64,000 bases of DNA. Source: a virus (lineage: Duplodnaviria > Caudoviricetes). The position numbers were made by a program, and so were the translations under genes. The notes beneath the pieces are model-generated. The model made no database searches, had not been told where the DNA came from, and saw only the letters and a list, made by a program, of their open reading frames with translations. Below, piece by piece: positions 21,332 to 29,964 of this stretch. The stretch spans positions 46,259 to 110,258 of IMG/VR virus record IMGVR_UViG_3300043077_000173; one strand, 5' to 3'. Every line of letters begins with the position of its first letter. Within the stretch, counting starts at the first letter, position 1.

Positions 21332-21552
21332 TATTTAAAACTCCCACCATCCATAAACGTTTCATCCTCAGACGCCTCAGCGTTTGATTTAACGTTTTCA
21401 ATGGTTTTTGAAAAATATTCACCTAAAAGTTCTGTGATACAGAATCCTAAATCTTCTAATTCTTTAAGGGAAAACTTTACCTCACGAGCATTTTGCCGTT
21501 TAGCTTCAGACAGCTTTTCCATAAAGTTTTTAATAACAAATTCTCTATTCAT
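21331..21552 (-). CDS. small hypothetical protein
   Basis: GGGAG SD; ends MDGGSFK; TAATG-coupled to the polymerase. Confidence 0.6.
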   Translation of the reverse strand: MNREFVIKNFMEKLSEAKRQNAREVKFSLKELEDLGFCITELLGEYFSKTIENVKSNAEASEDETFMDGGSFK

Positions 21553-21586
21553 TAAATAACTCCCATATTTCTATGGGAGTATATTA

Positions 21587-21808
21587 CTAAAAATCTTTTG
21601 ATTTGTCAAGATACTTTTTCGTAATCATATCAGCAATCTTTGGATCAAGCTCTTTCTTTTTTCGATATTCTTGCTTATTTTTCATAATTTCTTGTAGAAT
21701 TTCTCGCCTGCTTTTTCCAGCATTCTCATCTTCCCAATAGTCAAACTCACCTGATTGCGGATTTTGTTGATTGTAATAATCTTTGTATTCATCATTTGTT
21801 AATTTCAT
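21587..21808 (-). CDS. small hypothetical protein
   Basis: GGAG SD; followed by hairpin actcccata-tttc-tatgggagt. Confidence 0.55.
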   Translation of the reverse strand: MKLTNDEYKDYYNQQNPQSGEFDYWEDENAGKSRREILQEIMKNKQEYRKKKELDPKIADMITKKYLDKSKDF

Positions 21809-21894
21809 TATTTGCTCCAGATAGTTTTGTTTTATAAAACCTTTTGGAGAAAATATAACATTAAAGTCATATCTTCTCCTTTTGGCTAAATGAT

Positions 21895-23250
21895 TTAATA
21901 AATCGGATGGTCTTTACACCATTCACTTATAGCGTTTTTAATACGATTTAATGCTAAATCTTTGTCAGAAAAATCTTTATATTTAGAAGATACTGCTCTA
22001 AAAAGTTCTATTCCATCGTAATCATACGCTCCAGTTAAAATATCAATGATACTACAAATTTGATGAGCAATCCATTTAGAATCTTGTTCATTAGCTCCTC
22101 GTGTTGTAATACATGCTGTACCAATTCTTAATCCAGAAGTTTCCATTTTTGGTCTTGGATCATCTTTGATAGCATTTTTATTAGTGATGATTCCAACACT
22201 TTCCAATGCTTCTTCTAATTGTCTACCAGAAATACCTTTATTTGTAAGATTTAATAAAATCAAATGATTATCAGATCCTTTAGTCATCATATCAACGTTT
22301 CTGTTTTTAAATACTTGTTCCATAGCTTTGATATTCTTTAAAACCTGTTGTTGATATTCTTTAAACTCTGGTTGTAAAGCTTCTTCAAAACAAACCGCTT
22401 TAGCAGCAATAACATGTTCTAATGGACCGCCTTGAATGCCTGGAAATACTGCTTTATCAATCTTTTTAGCAATTTCTTCATCATTTGTTAAAATAATACC
22501 ACCTCTTGGTCCTCGTAACGTTTTATGAGTAGTAGATGTAACAACATCAGCATAAGGAATAGGTGATGGGTGTAAGCCTGTGGCAACTAATCCAGCAATA
22601 TGAGCCATATCTACCATTAAATAGCAATGAGGATTACCCAAAGTATCACCGCCCTCATCTTTAGCAGTCGATTGATACTCATTATATTTGTCCAAAATTT
22701 CTCTAATTCTCTCGAAATCGATAATTCTTGGATAAGCACTTGCTCCAACAATCAATAATGAAGGATTATAGGTATATAAATCTTCTTCAATTTCTTCATA
22801 ATTGATTATGTCGTTTTCATCTAAGCCATAAGAAACAGCATTATACATTTTTCCAGATGATGATACTTTAGAACCATGTGTTAAATGACCACCAGAATCT
22901 AATCCCATACCCAAAATAGTATCTCCTGGTTTACATAAGGCTAAATAAACTGCTTGATTTGCTTGACTACCAGAATGAGGTTGAACATTAGCATAATTAC
23001 AACCAAATAATTGTTTAGCTTTATCAATAGCCAACTGTTCGATTTTATCAATGTATTCACAACCACCATAATACCTACGATACTTTCCATTAGCTGGAAC
23101 ATATCCTTCAGCATATTTTTGTGTGAGAACAGATCCTTGAGCCTTCATTACATCTTGTGAGGTATAGTTTTCAGAAGCAATTAGACAAATCTCATTTTCT
23201 TGTCTTTGTCTTTCTTGATCAATCAAATCAAAAATTTCTTGTTTACTCAT
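21895..23250 (-). CDS. glyA: serine hydroxymethyltransferase
   Basis: [43 protein letters not shown]; start moved to MSKQEI (GGAG SD). Confidence 0.95.
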   Translation of the reverse strand: MSKQEIFDLIDQERQRQENEICLIASENYTSQDVMKAQGSVLTQKYAEGYVPANGKYRRYYGGCEYIDKIEQLAIDKAKQLFGCNYANVQPHSGSQANQAVYLALCKPGDTILGMGLDSGGHLTHGSKVSSSGKMYNAVSYGLDENDIINYEEIEEDLYTYNPSLLIVGASAYPRIIDFERIREILDKYNEYQSTAKDEGGDTLGNPHCYLMVDMAHIAGLVATGLHPSPIPYADVVTSTTHKTLRGPRGGIILTNDEEIAKKIDKAVFPGIQGGPLEHVIAAKAVCFEEALQPEFKEYQQQVLKNIKAMEQVFKNRNVDMMTKGSDNHLILLNLTNKGISGRQLEEALESVGIITNKNAIKDDPRPKMETSGLRIGTACITTRGANEQDSKWIAHQICSIIDILTGAYDYDGIELFRAVSSKYKDFSDKDLALNRIKNAISEWCKDHPIY

Positions 23251-23638
23251 TCGTCGTCTCCTGCTTATTTGTTCTTTCAAGTATGATTTCACCAGCTTCA
23301 TTGGTGTAATAGATGTTCTTAATGCCTACATATTCAATCAATTTACGGCACATTGGACAAGGTTTTGCCATACCTAATTTACCCTCTTTATTTGCTCTAT
23401 AAACAAGTATAGAAGTTCCTTTAAGCTTTGACCAATCAAGGTTTAATAAAGCAGACTGTTCAGCATGAAGGCTCTCTTCCCATTTTTTATACTTGTTTGA
23501 AATAGAAGAACTTCTAACATCATTGTGTCCAGAGCCATATATACGTTTTCCCTTGAAAACCACAGCCCCAATCTTGGGGCTAAATGTGGATTTCTTGGAT
23601 TCCTGTATTGCTCTTTTGATTATATTACTATAAAGCAT
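23243..23638 (-). CDS. zinc-dependent cytidine/deoxycytidylate deaminase family protein
   Basis: HAE and PCPMC motifs. Confidence 0.85.
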   Translation of the reverse strand: MLYSNIIKRAIQESKKSTFSPKIGAVVFKGKRIYGSGHNDVRSSSISNKYKKWEESLHAEQSALLNLDWSKLKGTSILVYRANKEGKLGMAKPCPMCRKLIEYVGIKNIYYTNEAGEIILERTNKQETTNE

Positions 23639-23923
23639 TTACTTACACAGTTCATTCTTTGTACAACCATTATACGGTTTACGTTCACGTGTAACAGTTG
23701 TATAGGTTTTCGGCTCATATACAGTTGTATATGTGGTATTTTCATATACAATTTCAACAGGTTTTCTTACTGTATAACTACTTCCTTGACAAGTATTACA
23801 AGCATATCTTGTTGTGGAATAAGTTCCAGTAGAAACTGTTTGTGTCAGTGTTTGTTCTACAGTATTTGTGGTAGAACATGCTGTTAAAGCCAATAAGGCA
23901 AATAGTACTAATAATTTTTTCAT
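23639..23923 (-). CDS. small lipoprotein
   Basis: MKKLLVLFALLALTAC signal peptide with lipobox; GGAGA SD. Confidence 0.75.
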   Translation of the reverse strand: MKKLLVLFALLALTACSTTNTVEQTLTQTVSTGTYSTTRYACNTCQGSSYTVRKPVEIVYENTTYTTVYEPKTYTTVTRERKPYNGCTKNELCK

Positions 23924-23936
23924 ATCATCTCTCCAA

Positions 23937-24158
23937 TTACATATTGTGAAAATCCGGTACGCAGTCATTGATAATATCTAAGATTTCATCACGAACTTTT
24001 TCTGTAGAAATATTAGGATCATCACTATATTTGTACCAAGATCTTGTTAAATTGTCAATCTTGTCTAGAGCAATGCTCATATTGATGGCGTTGTTGTACA
24101 ATTTGTATTTGTACATATCATCTTCATTCTCTGAATCCAGTTCAAACGTGATTTTCAT
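23937..24158 (-). CDS. small hypothetical protein
   Basis: 73-aa ORF with AAGGA SD. Confidence 0.55.
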   Translation of the reverse strand: MKITFELDSENEDDMYKYKLYNNAINMSIALDKIDNLTRSWYKYSDDPNISTEKVRDEILDIINDCVPDFHNM

Positions 24159-24216
24159 AGCAAGTTTCCTTTCATAAAATATCGTTTTCTCAATTTGTAA
24201 CTACTATATACACCTT

Positions 24217-24798
24217 TTATTCTCTCTTGTCAATAACTTTATCGATTAAACCGAATGTTAATGCTTGCTCAGGTGTCATAAAATTATCTCTATCCATTGC
24301 TTTTTCAATAACCGACAATTTTTGCCCAGTGTTTTCAGCGTAAATTTTATTCAAACGCTTTCTAATGTCTAAAATCTCTTTAGCCTGAATCTCAATATCA
24401 GATGCTTTGCCAGAAGCTCCACCAGAAGGTTGATGAATCATTATACGAGCATTTGGTAAGCAGTATCTCTTACCTTTTGTACCACCAGCTAGCAAAAATG
24501 ATCCCATCGAACATGCTTGTCCAATACAAATGGTTGAAACATCTGGTTTAATAAACTTCATTGTATCATACATTGCTAAACCAGAAGTTACAACACCACC
24601 AGGTGAGTTAATATACATAAAAATGTCTTTCGTTGGATCTTCAGCCTCTAAAAACAGTAATTGTGAACATACTACAGAAGCCATTTCATCATCAACTTCC
24701 CCAGAAACAAAGATAATACGTTCTTTCAACATTCTTGAAAAAATATCATAAGAACGTTCTCCATAAGACGTTTGCTCAATAACGTATGGTGTCAACAT
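24217..24798 (-). CDS. clpP: ATP-dependent Clp protease proteolytic subunit
   Basis: [22 protein letters not shown] (Ser), MIHQP (His), DRDNF (Asp). Confidence 0.95.
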   Translation of the reverse strand: MLTPYVIEQTSYGERSYDIFSRMLKERIIFVSGEVDDEMASVVCSQLLFLEAEDPTKDIFMYINSPGGVVTSGLAMYDTMKFIKPDVSTICIGQACSMGSFLLAGGTKGKRYCLPNARIMIHQPSGGASGKASDIEIQAKEILDIRKRLNKIYAENTGQKLSVIEKAMDRDNFMTPEQALTFGLIDKVIDKRE

Positions 24799-24816
24799 TT
24801 AGTTAAATCCTTTCAG

Positions 24817-25038
24817 TTAAATCATGTCTTTTAAAATCATTTGTAAGCGTTTATATTGGGATTCATATAGAAACATTGTTCCATCATCTTTCCAATATGC
24901 TTTAACCCACTTTTTCAGCTTTTTAATCAACTCTTTATCAGCATTTTCAGCTAATTTTCTAACATTGATAGAATTAAGCTCATCTAAAAACTGTTGTGGA
25001 TCATCATAATATTCTTTAACGTAAAGCCTTTCTTCCAT
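24817..25038 (-). CDS. small hypothetical protein
   Basis: ORF with AGGA SD behind a sigma70-like promoter. Confidence 0.55.
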   Translation of the reverse strand: MEERLYVKEYYDDPQQFLDELNSINVRKLAENADKELIKKLKKWVKAYWKDDGTMFLYESQYKRLQMILKDMI

Positions 25039-25069
25039 CTTTTAATCCTATCGTTTACTATATGCTCTC

Positions 25070-25098
25070 TTTATAGCATTAATAAAACGATTTGTCAA
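25070..25098 (-). promoter_or_regulatory. sigma70-type promoter
   Basis: TTGACA-17 bp-TATAAA. Confidence 0.7.
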
Positions 25099-25104
25099 GA
25101 AGAT

Positions 25105-25839
25105 TTATTCACCGATTCTTTCTTTAGCTATTTCAAAGTATTTAGGGTCAAGCTCTATACCAATAAAATTGCGATTTAAGTTTTTACAAGCAACACCTGT
25201 AGTACCGCTTCCCATAGTGAAATCTAAAACTGTATCACCCTCATTTGTATAAGTTTTTACCAAATATTTCATTAACTCTAACGGTTTTTGAGTAGGATGT
25301 AGGTTAGATGTCAAAATATCTCGTTGAAAATGAACGATTTGTAAAGGATAACGTGTTCCATTATCTTTGTATTCAAACGGTTTACCATTTTTTGAATCAA
25401 CTAATACGCCTAATTTTCCATCTTTAATCTTATTGGTTCTTAATGGTCCTTCATATTTCACCATTTGAGGATTATATGTACACTGTTTATTATAAAAGAC
25501 GTTTATTGTTTCAATAACTTTTGCTGGTCGTTTTTTAAGCTGGAAAATGTTTGTAGCTCTCTCTTTTTGCCAATAGATGTCATATTTATATTCTTTTATA
25601 TTAGATATTCTTAAATAACTATTAAATGGTTCATTTCCAAATAATAATGTTGGAGCATTTTCTTTTCTTATATCCTTTAAGCAAGCCCACATTTTATCAA
25701 AAGGAATAATCGTATCCCAAGAACATTTTGTTGTTCCGTAAGGAATATCAGTTATGATAGCATCAACCTTCACATTTTTAGAAATAAGGTCGTTCATAAC
25801 TTCAATACAATCGCCATTAAATAGTTTAATATCACTCAT
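25105..25839 (-). CDS. beta-class N6-adenine/N4-cytosine DNA methyltransferase
   Basis: DIPY catalytic motif before HPTQKP and DFTMGSGTTG SAM-binding motif. Confidence 0.9.
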   Translation of the reverse strand: MSDIKLFNGDCIEVMNDLISKNVKVDAIITDIPYGTTKCSWDTIIPFDKMWACLKDIRKENAPTLLFGNEPFNSYLRISNIKEYKYDIYWQKERATNIFQLKKRPAKVIETINVFYNKQCTYNPQMVKYEGPLRTNKIKDGKLGVLVDSKNGKPFEYKDNGTRYPLQIVHFQRDILTSNLHPTQKPLELMKYLVKTYTNEGDTVLDFTMGSGTTGVACKNLNRNFIGIELDPKYFEIAKERIGE

Positions 25840-25872
25840 TTCATAAATTCTTTATGTTAAACAGTTTTCATA

Positions 25873-25901
25873 ATTGTATAGCAGATAAACGGTTTAGTCA
25901 A
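25873..25901 (-). promoter_or_regulatory. sigma70-type promoter
   Basis: TTGACT-17 bp-TACAAT. Confidence 0.6.
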
Positions 25902-25916
25902 TATTCTCTAATCATT

Positions 25917-25944
25917 TCAAAGGTGTCGAATTCGACACCTTTGA
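25917..25944. repeat. 28-bp perfect palindrome
   Basis: TCAAAGGTGTCGAA/TTCGACACCTTTGA with no loop. Confidence 0.9.
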
Positions 25945-25962
25945 GCATTTAAGTTATTGATG

Positions 25963-27057
25963 TTAATGAATATCCATATAAAAAGGCATATCATATTTTG
26001 GTTGTCTTTCTTTATTTTTATCAAAATTATAGGTTGAAAAGACTTCCAATTTCAAGTCTAGACTAAATCGTTCTTGTAGATACATCATTATCATAATCAA
26101 TGAAGCCGATATTAAGTCATCGTGTGTTGTACCGTTTGCTGAATATGATTGAGCCGATTTAGCAGAAAAGTTTGACAATTGTACCGCATATTCTCTTGAG
26201 TAAATTTTTAACTTATTGCTTTCAATCAAGATTTTTAGTTGTGAACAAGCAGCTGGTTTTGTTGTACGAGTTGTTGTAAAGCCTATACGCTTATTATTTC
26301 TTTCAGTGATGAGTTTAGCTCTTTTTATATAGTTTACCCCACCCTTTTCATTTAAGGCACAAATAAAGCCTTCAGCAGAACCGTTATTTTCTAATGACCA
26401 ATAGATTTCAGGAAAACGATTACCAAGCTCTCTAATTTTCGCATATAGCCAATCAGTAATAGCTTTAACCTTCTCTATCTGCATGTTCTGGTTAAGCTTG
26501 TCAGATTGCCATTCAGCCACCTGTTCCATAGAAGGAAACGCAAATAATTGAATCGCAGCAAAGTCCCCTTCAACACCCATTGAAGTATCAATAGCCAGAA
26601 AATACTTTTGCCAAGGATTTATGTCACAATAAAATCTTACATCATTGTCTACTAAAAACTTATATGTAACATTTTGTAAATCTAATAAAAGGTTTCTAAT
26701 AACAGACGTATCAATTAAAGAGTTTGATTGACCAATGAACTCACAATTATGTACCAAAATATCATTAGCAAAAAATTTATTACCATCATCTACTTGTAAA
26801 ATGTCGTAAACATCATTTACTCCAACGTTTTCAATATGTTTTATAGCAATCATTCCATCAACGGTGTAAACATAATCGTTTACCTTATATGATTTAGCCT
26901 CAGAACATTCAAAAACGTTTTTATAAATCTTATGATCTTCTGTACAAACAATTTCTTTACCGTTTTCAAGCGTGATTTTAATCGTATTCTTTCCAACGAT
27001 TTTTCTAACGCCTTCAAACGGTTTCCAGCCATCATTTGTCCAAATCTTGTATCCCAT
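25963..27057 (-). CDS. terL: terminase large subunit C-terminal (nuclease) half preceded by a split-intein C fragment
   Basis: After VHN: CEFIG, AIDTSMGVEGDF, ENNG, GFTTT..TK, HDDL as in the gp17 RNaseH-like domain; no ATPase domain. Confidence 0.88.
   Translation of the reverse strand: MGYKIWTNDGWKPFEGVRKIVGKNTIKITLENGKEIVCTEDHKIYKNVFECSEAKSYKVNDYVYTVDGMIAIKHIENVGVNDVYDILQVDDGNKFFANDILVHNCEFIGQSNSLIDTSVIRNLLLDLQNVTYKFLVDNDVRFYCDINPWQKYFLAIDTSMGVEGDFAAIQLFAFPSMEQVAEWQSDKLNQNMQIEKVKAITDWLYAKIRELGNRFPEIYWSLENNGSAEGFICALNEKGGVNYIKRAKLITERNNKRIGFTTTRTTKPAACSQLKILIESNKLKIYSREYAVQLSNFSAKSAQSYSANGTTHDDLISASLIMIMMYLQERFSLDLKLEVFSTYNFDKNKERQPKYDMPFYMDIH
26746..27057 (-). mobile_element. IntC of an atypically split intein (104 aa)
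   Basis: Block B IVCTEDHK, block F VYDI, block G ILVHN/C present; block A nucleophile absent. Confidence 0.85.
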
Positions 27058-27065
27058 TTTGCTCC

Positions 27066-28121
27066 CTAATCTTTTGGAAATGATTTAGCAAAGTAAGAAC
27101 TAATCAAGTTCAATTCTGTTAAAAGCTTTTCAAGACCCCATTTTTTCAAGTATTTACTAACATTCATAACAACACCGGTTTTATTCTCTTTATTTTTCAA
27201 CTCGTTAATACAGTTATCAATGTTTTGTTTCAAATCATCCGGAATCTCATTTAAGTCAATCAGTTTACGGTTAAACTCATAGCATTCTTTAACAATCTTC
27301 TTTTCACCTAAAGGATTTGTCCATGTACTGTTCATAAAGTTTTGCCAGTTATAGCCTTTATCCTTACGATCTTCAAAAGCATCTCTTATACCAATCTGTT
27401 TCTTTGTAGACGTTTCTCTCACTCTCGGGAAAGCAGAAATAATGTTATCAGATACATCGCCTCTAATGCATTTCATAAACAAAGCATACTCAACCCAGTC
27501 TTTCATAGGTGTTAATGGCTCACCTTTCTCCAAAGTAAAGTCAGTTCTTGAGATAGATACTTTCCCATCTTTTACAGCAAACTTTAATGGTTGATGTTTA
27601 TCGGCAGTAAAGATACAATCCTTTGTGATAATTCTTTCTTCCATAGAATTGTAGATAATCGTATTCTCATCTAATAATTGTATATAGTCATTATCGGTTG
27701 AAAGAATGACTTTTAAATCATCTGTGTGAGTCTTTACAAACCGTGCGATTAAATCATCTGCTTCAGCGTTTTCACAAGATAAGAATGAAACATTTGTAGA
27801 ATCTTTTAGAAATGGTAGAAAATCGTTTTTGAAAACATCTTTTAAACGCTCTTCCCTTAAAGCGTCAGCAGGGCTTCTCTGTTGTAGCTTTTCTATACGA
27901 TTTGCTTTATAAGCGTAGTAAATGTTCTTTCTCCACGATTTATTACCATCAGTACAGATTACTAAATGTTGTGGATTAAACTTTTCAGACGCTTTCTTAA
28001 TCATGTTAATCAACATATGTATCAACATACCATTTTGCATGTCATCACTGTCTTTTGTATTAACAGTGTACATTGCTCTAAAAAACAAGTTATAAATGTC
28101 AATTAGTAAATACGATTTCAT
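27066..28121 (-). CDS. rnh: T4 RNase H-like 5'-3' exonuclease
   Basis: LLIDIYN, WRK..Y..YKANR, EADD, STDNDYIQL, RGDVSDNI. Confidence 0.88.
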   Translation of the reverse strand: MKSYLLIDIYNLFFRAMYTVNTKDSDDMQNGMLIHMLINMIKKASEKFNPQHLVICTDGNKSWRKNIYYAYKANRIEKLQQRSPADALREERLKDVFKNDFLPFLKDSTNVSFLSCENAEADDLIARFVKTHTDDLKVILSTDNDYIQLLDENTIIYNSMEERIITKDCIFTADKHQPLKFAVKDGKVSISRTDFTLEKGEPLTPMKDWVEYALFMKCIRGDVSDNIISAFPRVRETSTKKQIGIRDAFEDRKDKGYNWQNFMNSTWTNPLGEKKIVKECYEFNRKLIDLNEIPDDLKQNIDNCINELKNKENKTGVVMNVSKYLKKWGLEKLLTELNLISSYFAKSFPKD

Positions 28122-28125
28122 TGCT

Positions 28126-28722
28126 CTATCTCAAAAAAACTAAACCATCTTGCCCTTCAACACCTTGTTCTTCAGTCTGTTCCAAATAATTGTCTTCAAC
28201 GTTTGCTGCTAAAAATGAAGCTAACCATTGACCAGCAACTTCTTCATCAGTGTTTCCAGGAAAACCTCTATCTTTCATCTTTTTAATAAAGGTTTTATTG
28301 TAAACCACCTCAATCTGGATTCGGTCAATGTTTTCTATATTTTCATTACTTCTAATAGCAACCCAAGGCTTACCTAGAATATCGTTCTTTTCTTTACAAT
28401 ACTCTATGCCATCAATCTTACCATACTTTAACTTAATGTCAAGCAATTTAATTTTGTTATCTTCATCCCTTTCATTGTTAGGGTTTAACTCACATAGCTT
28501 TAATTCATACTCATAATCATCTAAATGATTGTATTTTTTCTCTATTTCTAAACGCTTTATCTGATATTGTTTTAAAGTCTTTAAGCCTTCAGTATCGTAT
28601 TCAATATCTAATAAAGCCTTTTCCTTTTCTTCTCCCTTTAACTCATATTCAATACGAGCTTTTTCCCTATCTTTTCCTTTTAAAAAGATTCCAGAAGCTG
28701 TAAATCTAAATGGTATTTTCAT
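28126..28722 (-). CDS. hypothetical protein
   Basis: 198-aa ORF with AAGGA SD; promoter TTGACA-17-TAAAAT at 28755-28783. Confidence 0.6.
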   Translation of the reverse strand: MKIPFRFTASGIFLKGKDREKARIEYELKGEEKEKALLDIEYDTEGLKTLKQYQIKRLEIEKKYNHLDDYEYELKLCELNPNNERDEDNKIKLLDIKLKYGKIDGIEYCKEKNDILGKPWVAIRSNENIENIDRIQIEVVYNKTFIKKMKDRGFPGNTDEEVAGQWLASFLAANVEDNYLEQTEEQGVEGQDGLVFLR

Positions 28723-28906
28723 AGTATTTCCTTAAAACATTCTTAAATGCTGTCATTTTAAAGCATAATAAATGTTTTGTCAATATACAAAAAAAGAGTG
28801 GTTTTTATTATTGTTTCACATATAAATATTTCTAATACAACAAATGGGACAAGAATTACGACTTCTCACCCCATTTTAAACAACTTAAACTAATTAGGAG
28901 TTCAAG

Positions 28907-29914
28907 ATGTCTAGTAATATTTATGCCACCTATAATATAGATAAGTCAAGATTAAAGCGTGATTATGTAAGTAATCCATTAAAAGCTGGAGAACGTCCAT
29001 ATAAAGAAGATTTAGAATATCTCTATCTCGAACTGAATATTAGGGACAAAGATTTACAAATTATCTTTAATACTTCTTATTCATCAGTACGCAGGTATTT
29101 ACAAAAGTATTCTCTTAAAAAGCCTAAAGAACTGATACAACAAAACAAATGTGCTACGAATATCGCAAAATATGGAGTACCATATATTTCTCAAAACAAA
29201 GAAATACGTGAAAAAATTGCTTTAACAAATATAGCTAAATATGGTTCAAAATGCTCTGTAAATATAGAAAAATCTGAGCAAACAAAACTTCTCCGGTATG
29301 GTAATACAAGATACACAAACCGACAAAAAGCTAAAGCTACTAACAAGAGAATTCATGGCGATGAAAACTATAATAACAGGAATAAAGCATATGAAACTTG
29401 TTTAGAACGTTACGGCACAATATTTTATACGCAAACAAACGAATATAAAGAATTATATTCAAACTCTAATTTTGTTAAACAAAAACAAGAAAAAGAACAC
29501 ATAACCAAAAAGAAAAATGGTACTGAAGGAGTATCTATAAAAGAAGATAAATTATTTAATATTTTATTAACCAAATTCCCCGATGTCAAAAGGCAATACA
29601 GAACTGATGTATATCCTTACCCCTGTGATTTTTACATACCATCGTTGGATTTATATATTGAATATCAAGGTGAACCAGGACATGGAACGGAACCATATAT
29701 TGGAACTCCAGAGCAAGTTAAACTTGCTAATACATGGATGCAAAAATCAACCGAGATTAACTGGAAAGGACAAAAGAAAACACGCTATTTAACAATGTAT
29801 AAACGTTGGACAATTACCGACCCTAAAAAACGAAAAATTGTTAAAGATAATCATCTAAAATGGATTGAATTTTTCAATGAAAAAGAATTTATGGACTGGT
29901 TTAACAAACAATAA
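28907..29914 (+). CDS. free-standing putative homing endonuclease, paralog 2
   Basis: Same N-terminus as paralog 1 (YNIDKSRLKRDY..NPLK), KYG repeats, YPYPCDFYIPSLDLYIEYQG; TATAAATA at 28821. Confidence 0.7.
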   Translation: MSSNIYATYNIDKSRLKRDYVSNPLKAGERPYKEDLEYLYLELNIRDKDLQIIFNTSYSSVRRYLQKYSLKKPKELIQQNKCATNIAKYGVPYISQNKEIREKIALTNIAKYGSKCSVNIEKSEQTKLLRYGNTRYTNRQKAKATNKRIHGDENYNNRNKAYETCLERYGTIFYTQTNEYKELYSNSNFVKQKQEKEHITKKKNGTEGVSIKEDKLFNILLTKFPDVKRQYRTDVYPYPCDFYIPSLDLYIEYQGEPGHGTEPYIGTPEQVKLANTWMQKSTEINWKGQKKTRYLTMYKRWTITDPKKRKIVKDNHLKWIEFFNEKEFMDWFNKQ

Positions 29915-29946
29915 AAAAAGCATCCCCTGAATAAGAGGATGCTTTA
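29915..29946. terminator. bidirectional intrinsic terminator
   Basis: aaagcatcc...ggatgcttt between convergent genes. Confidence 0.7.
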
Positions 29947-29964
29947 ATTTTTCAGTTCAATCGT

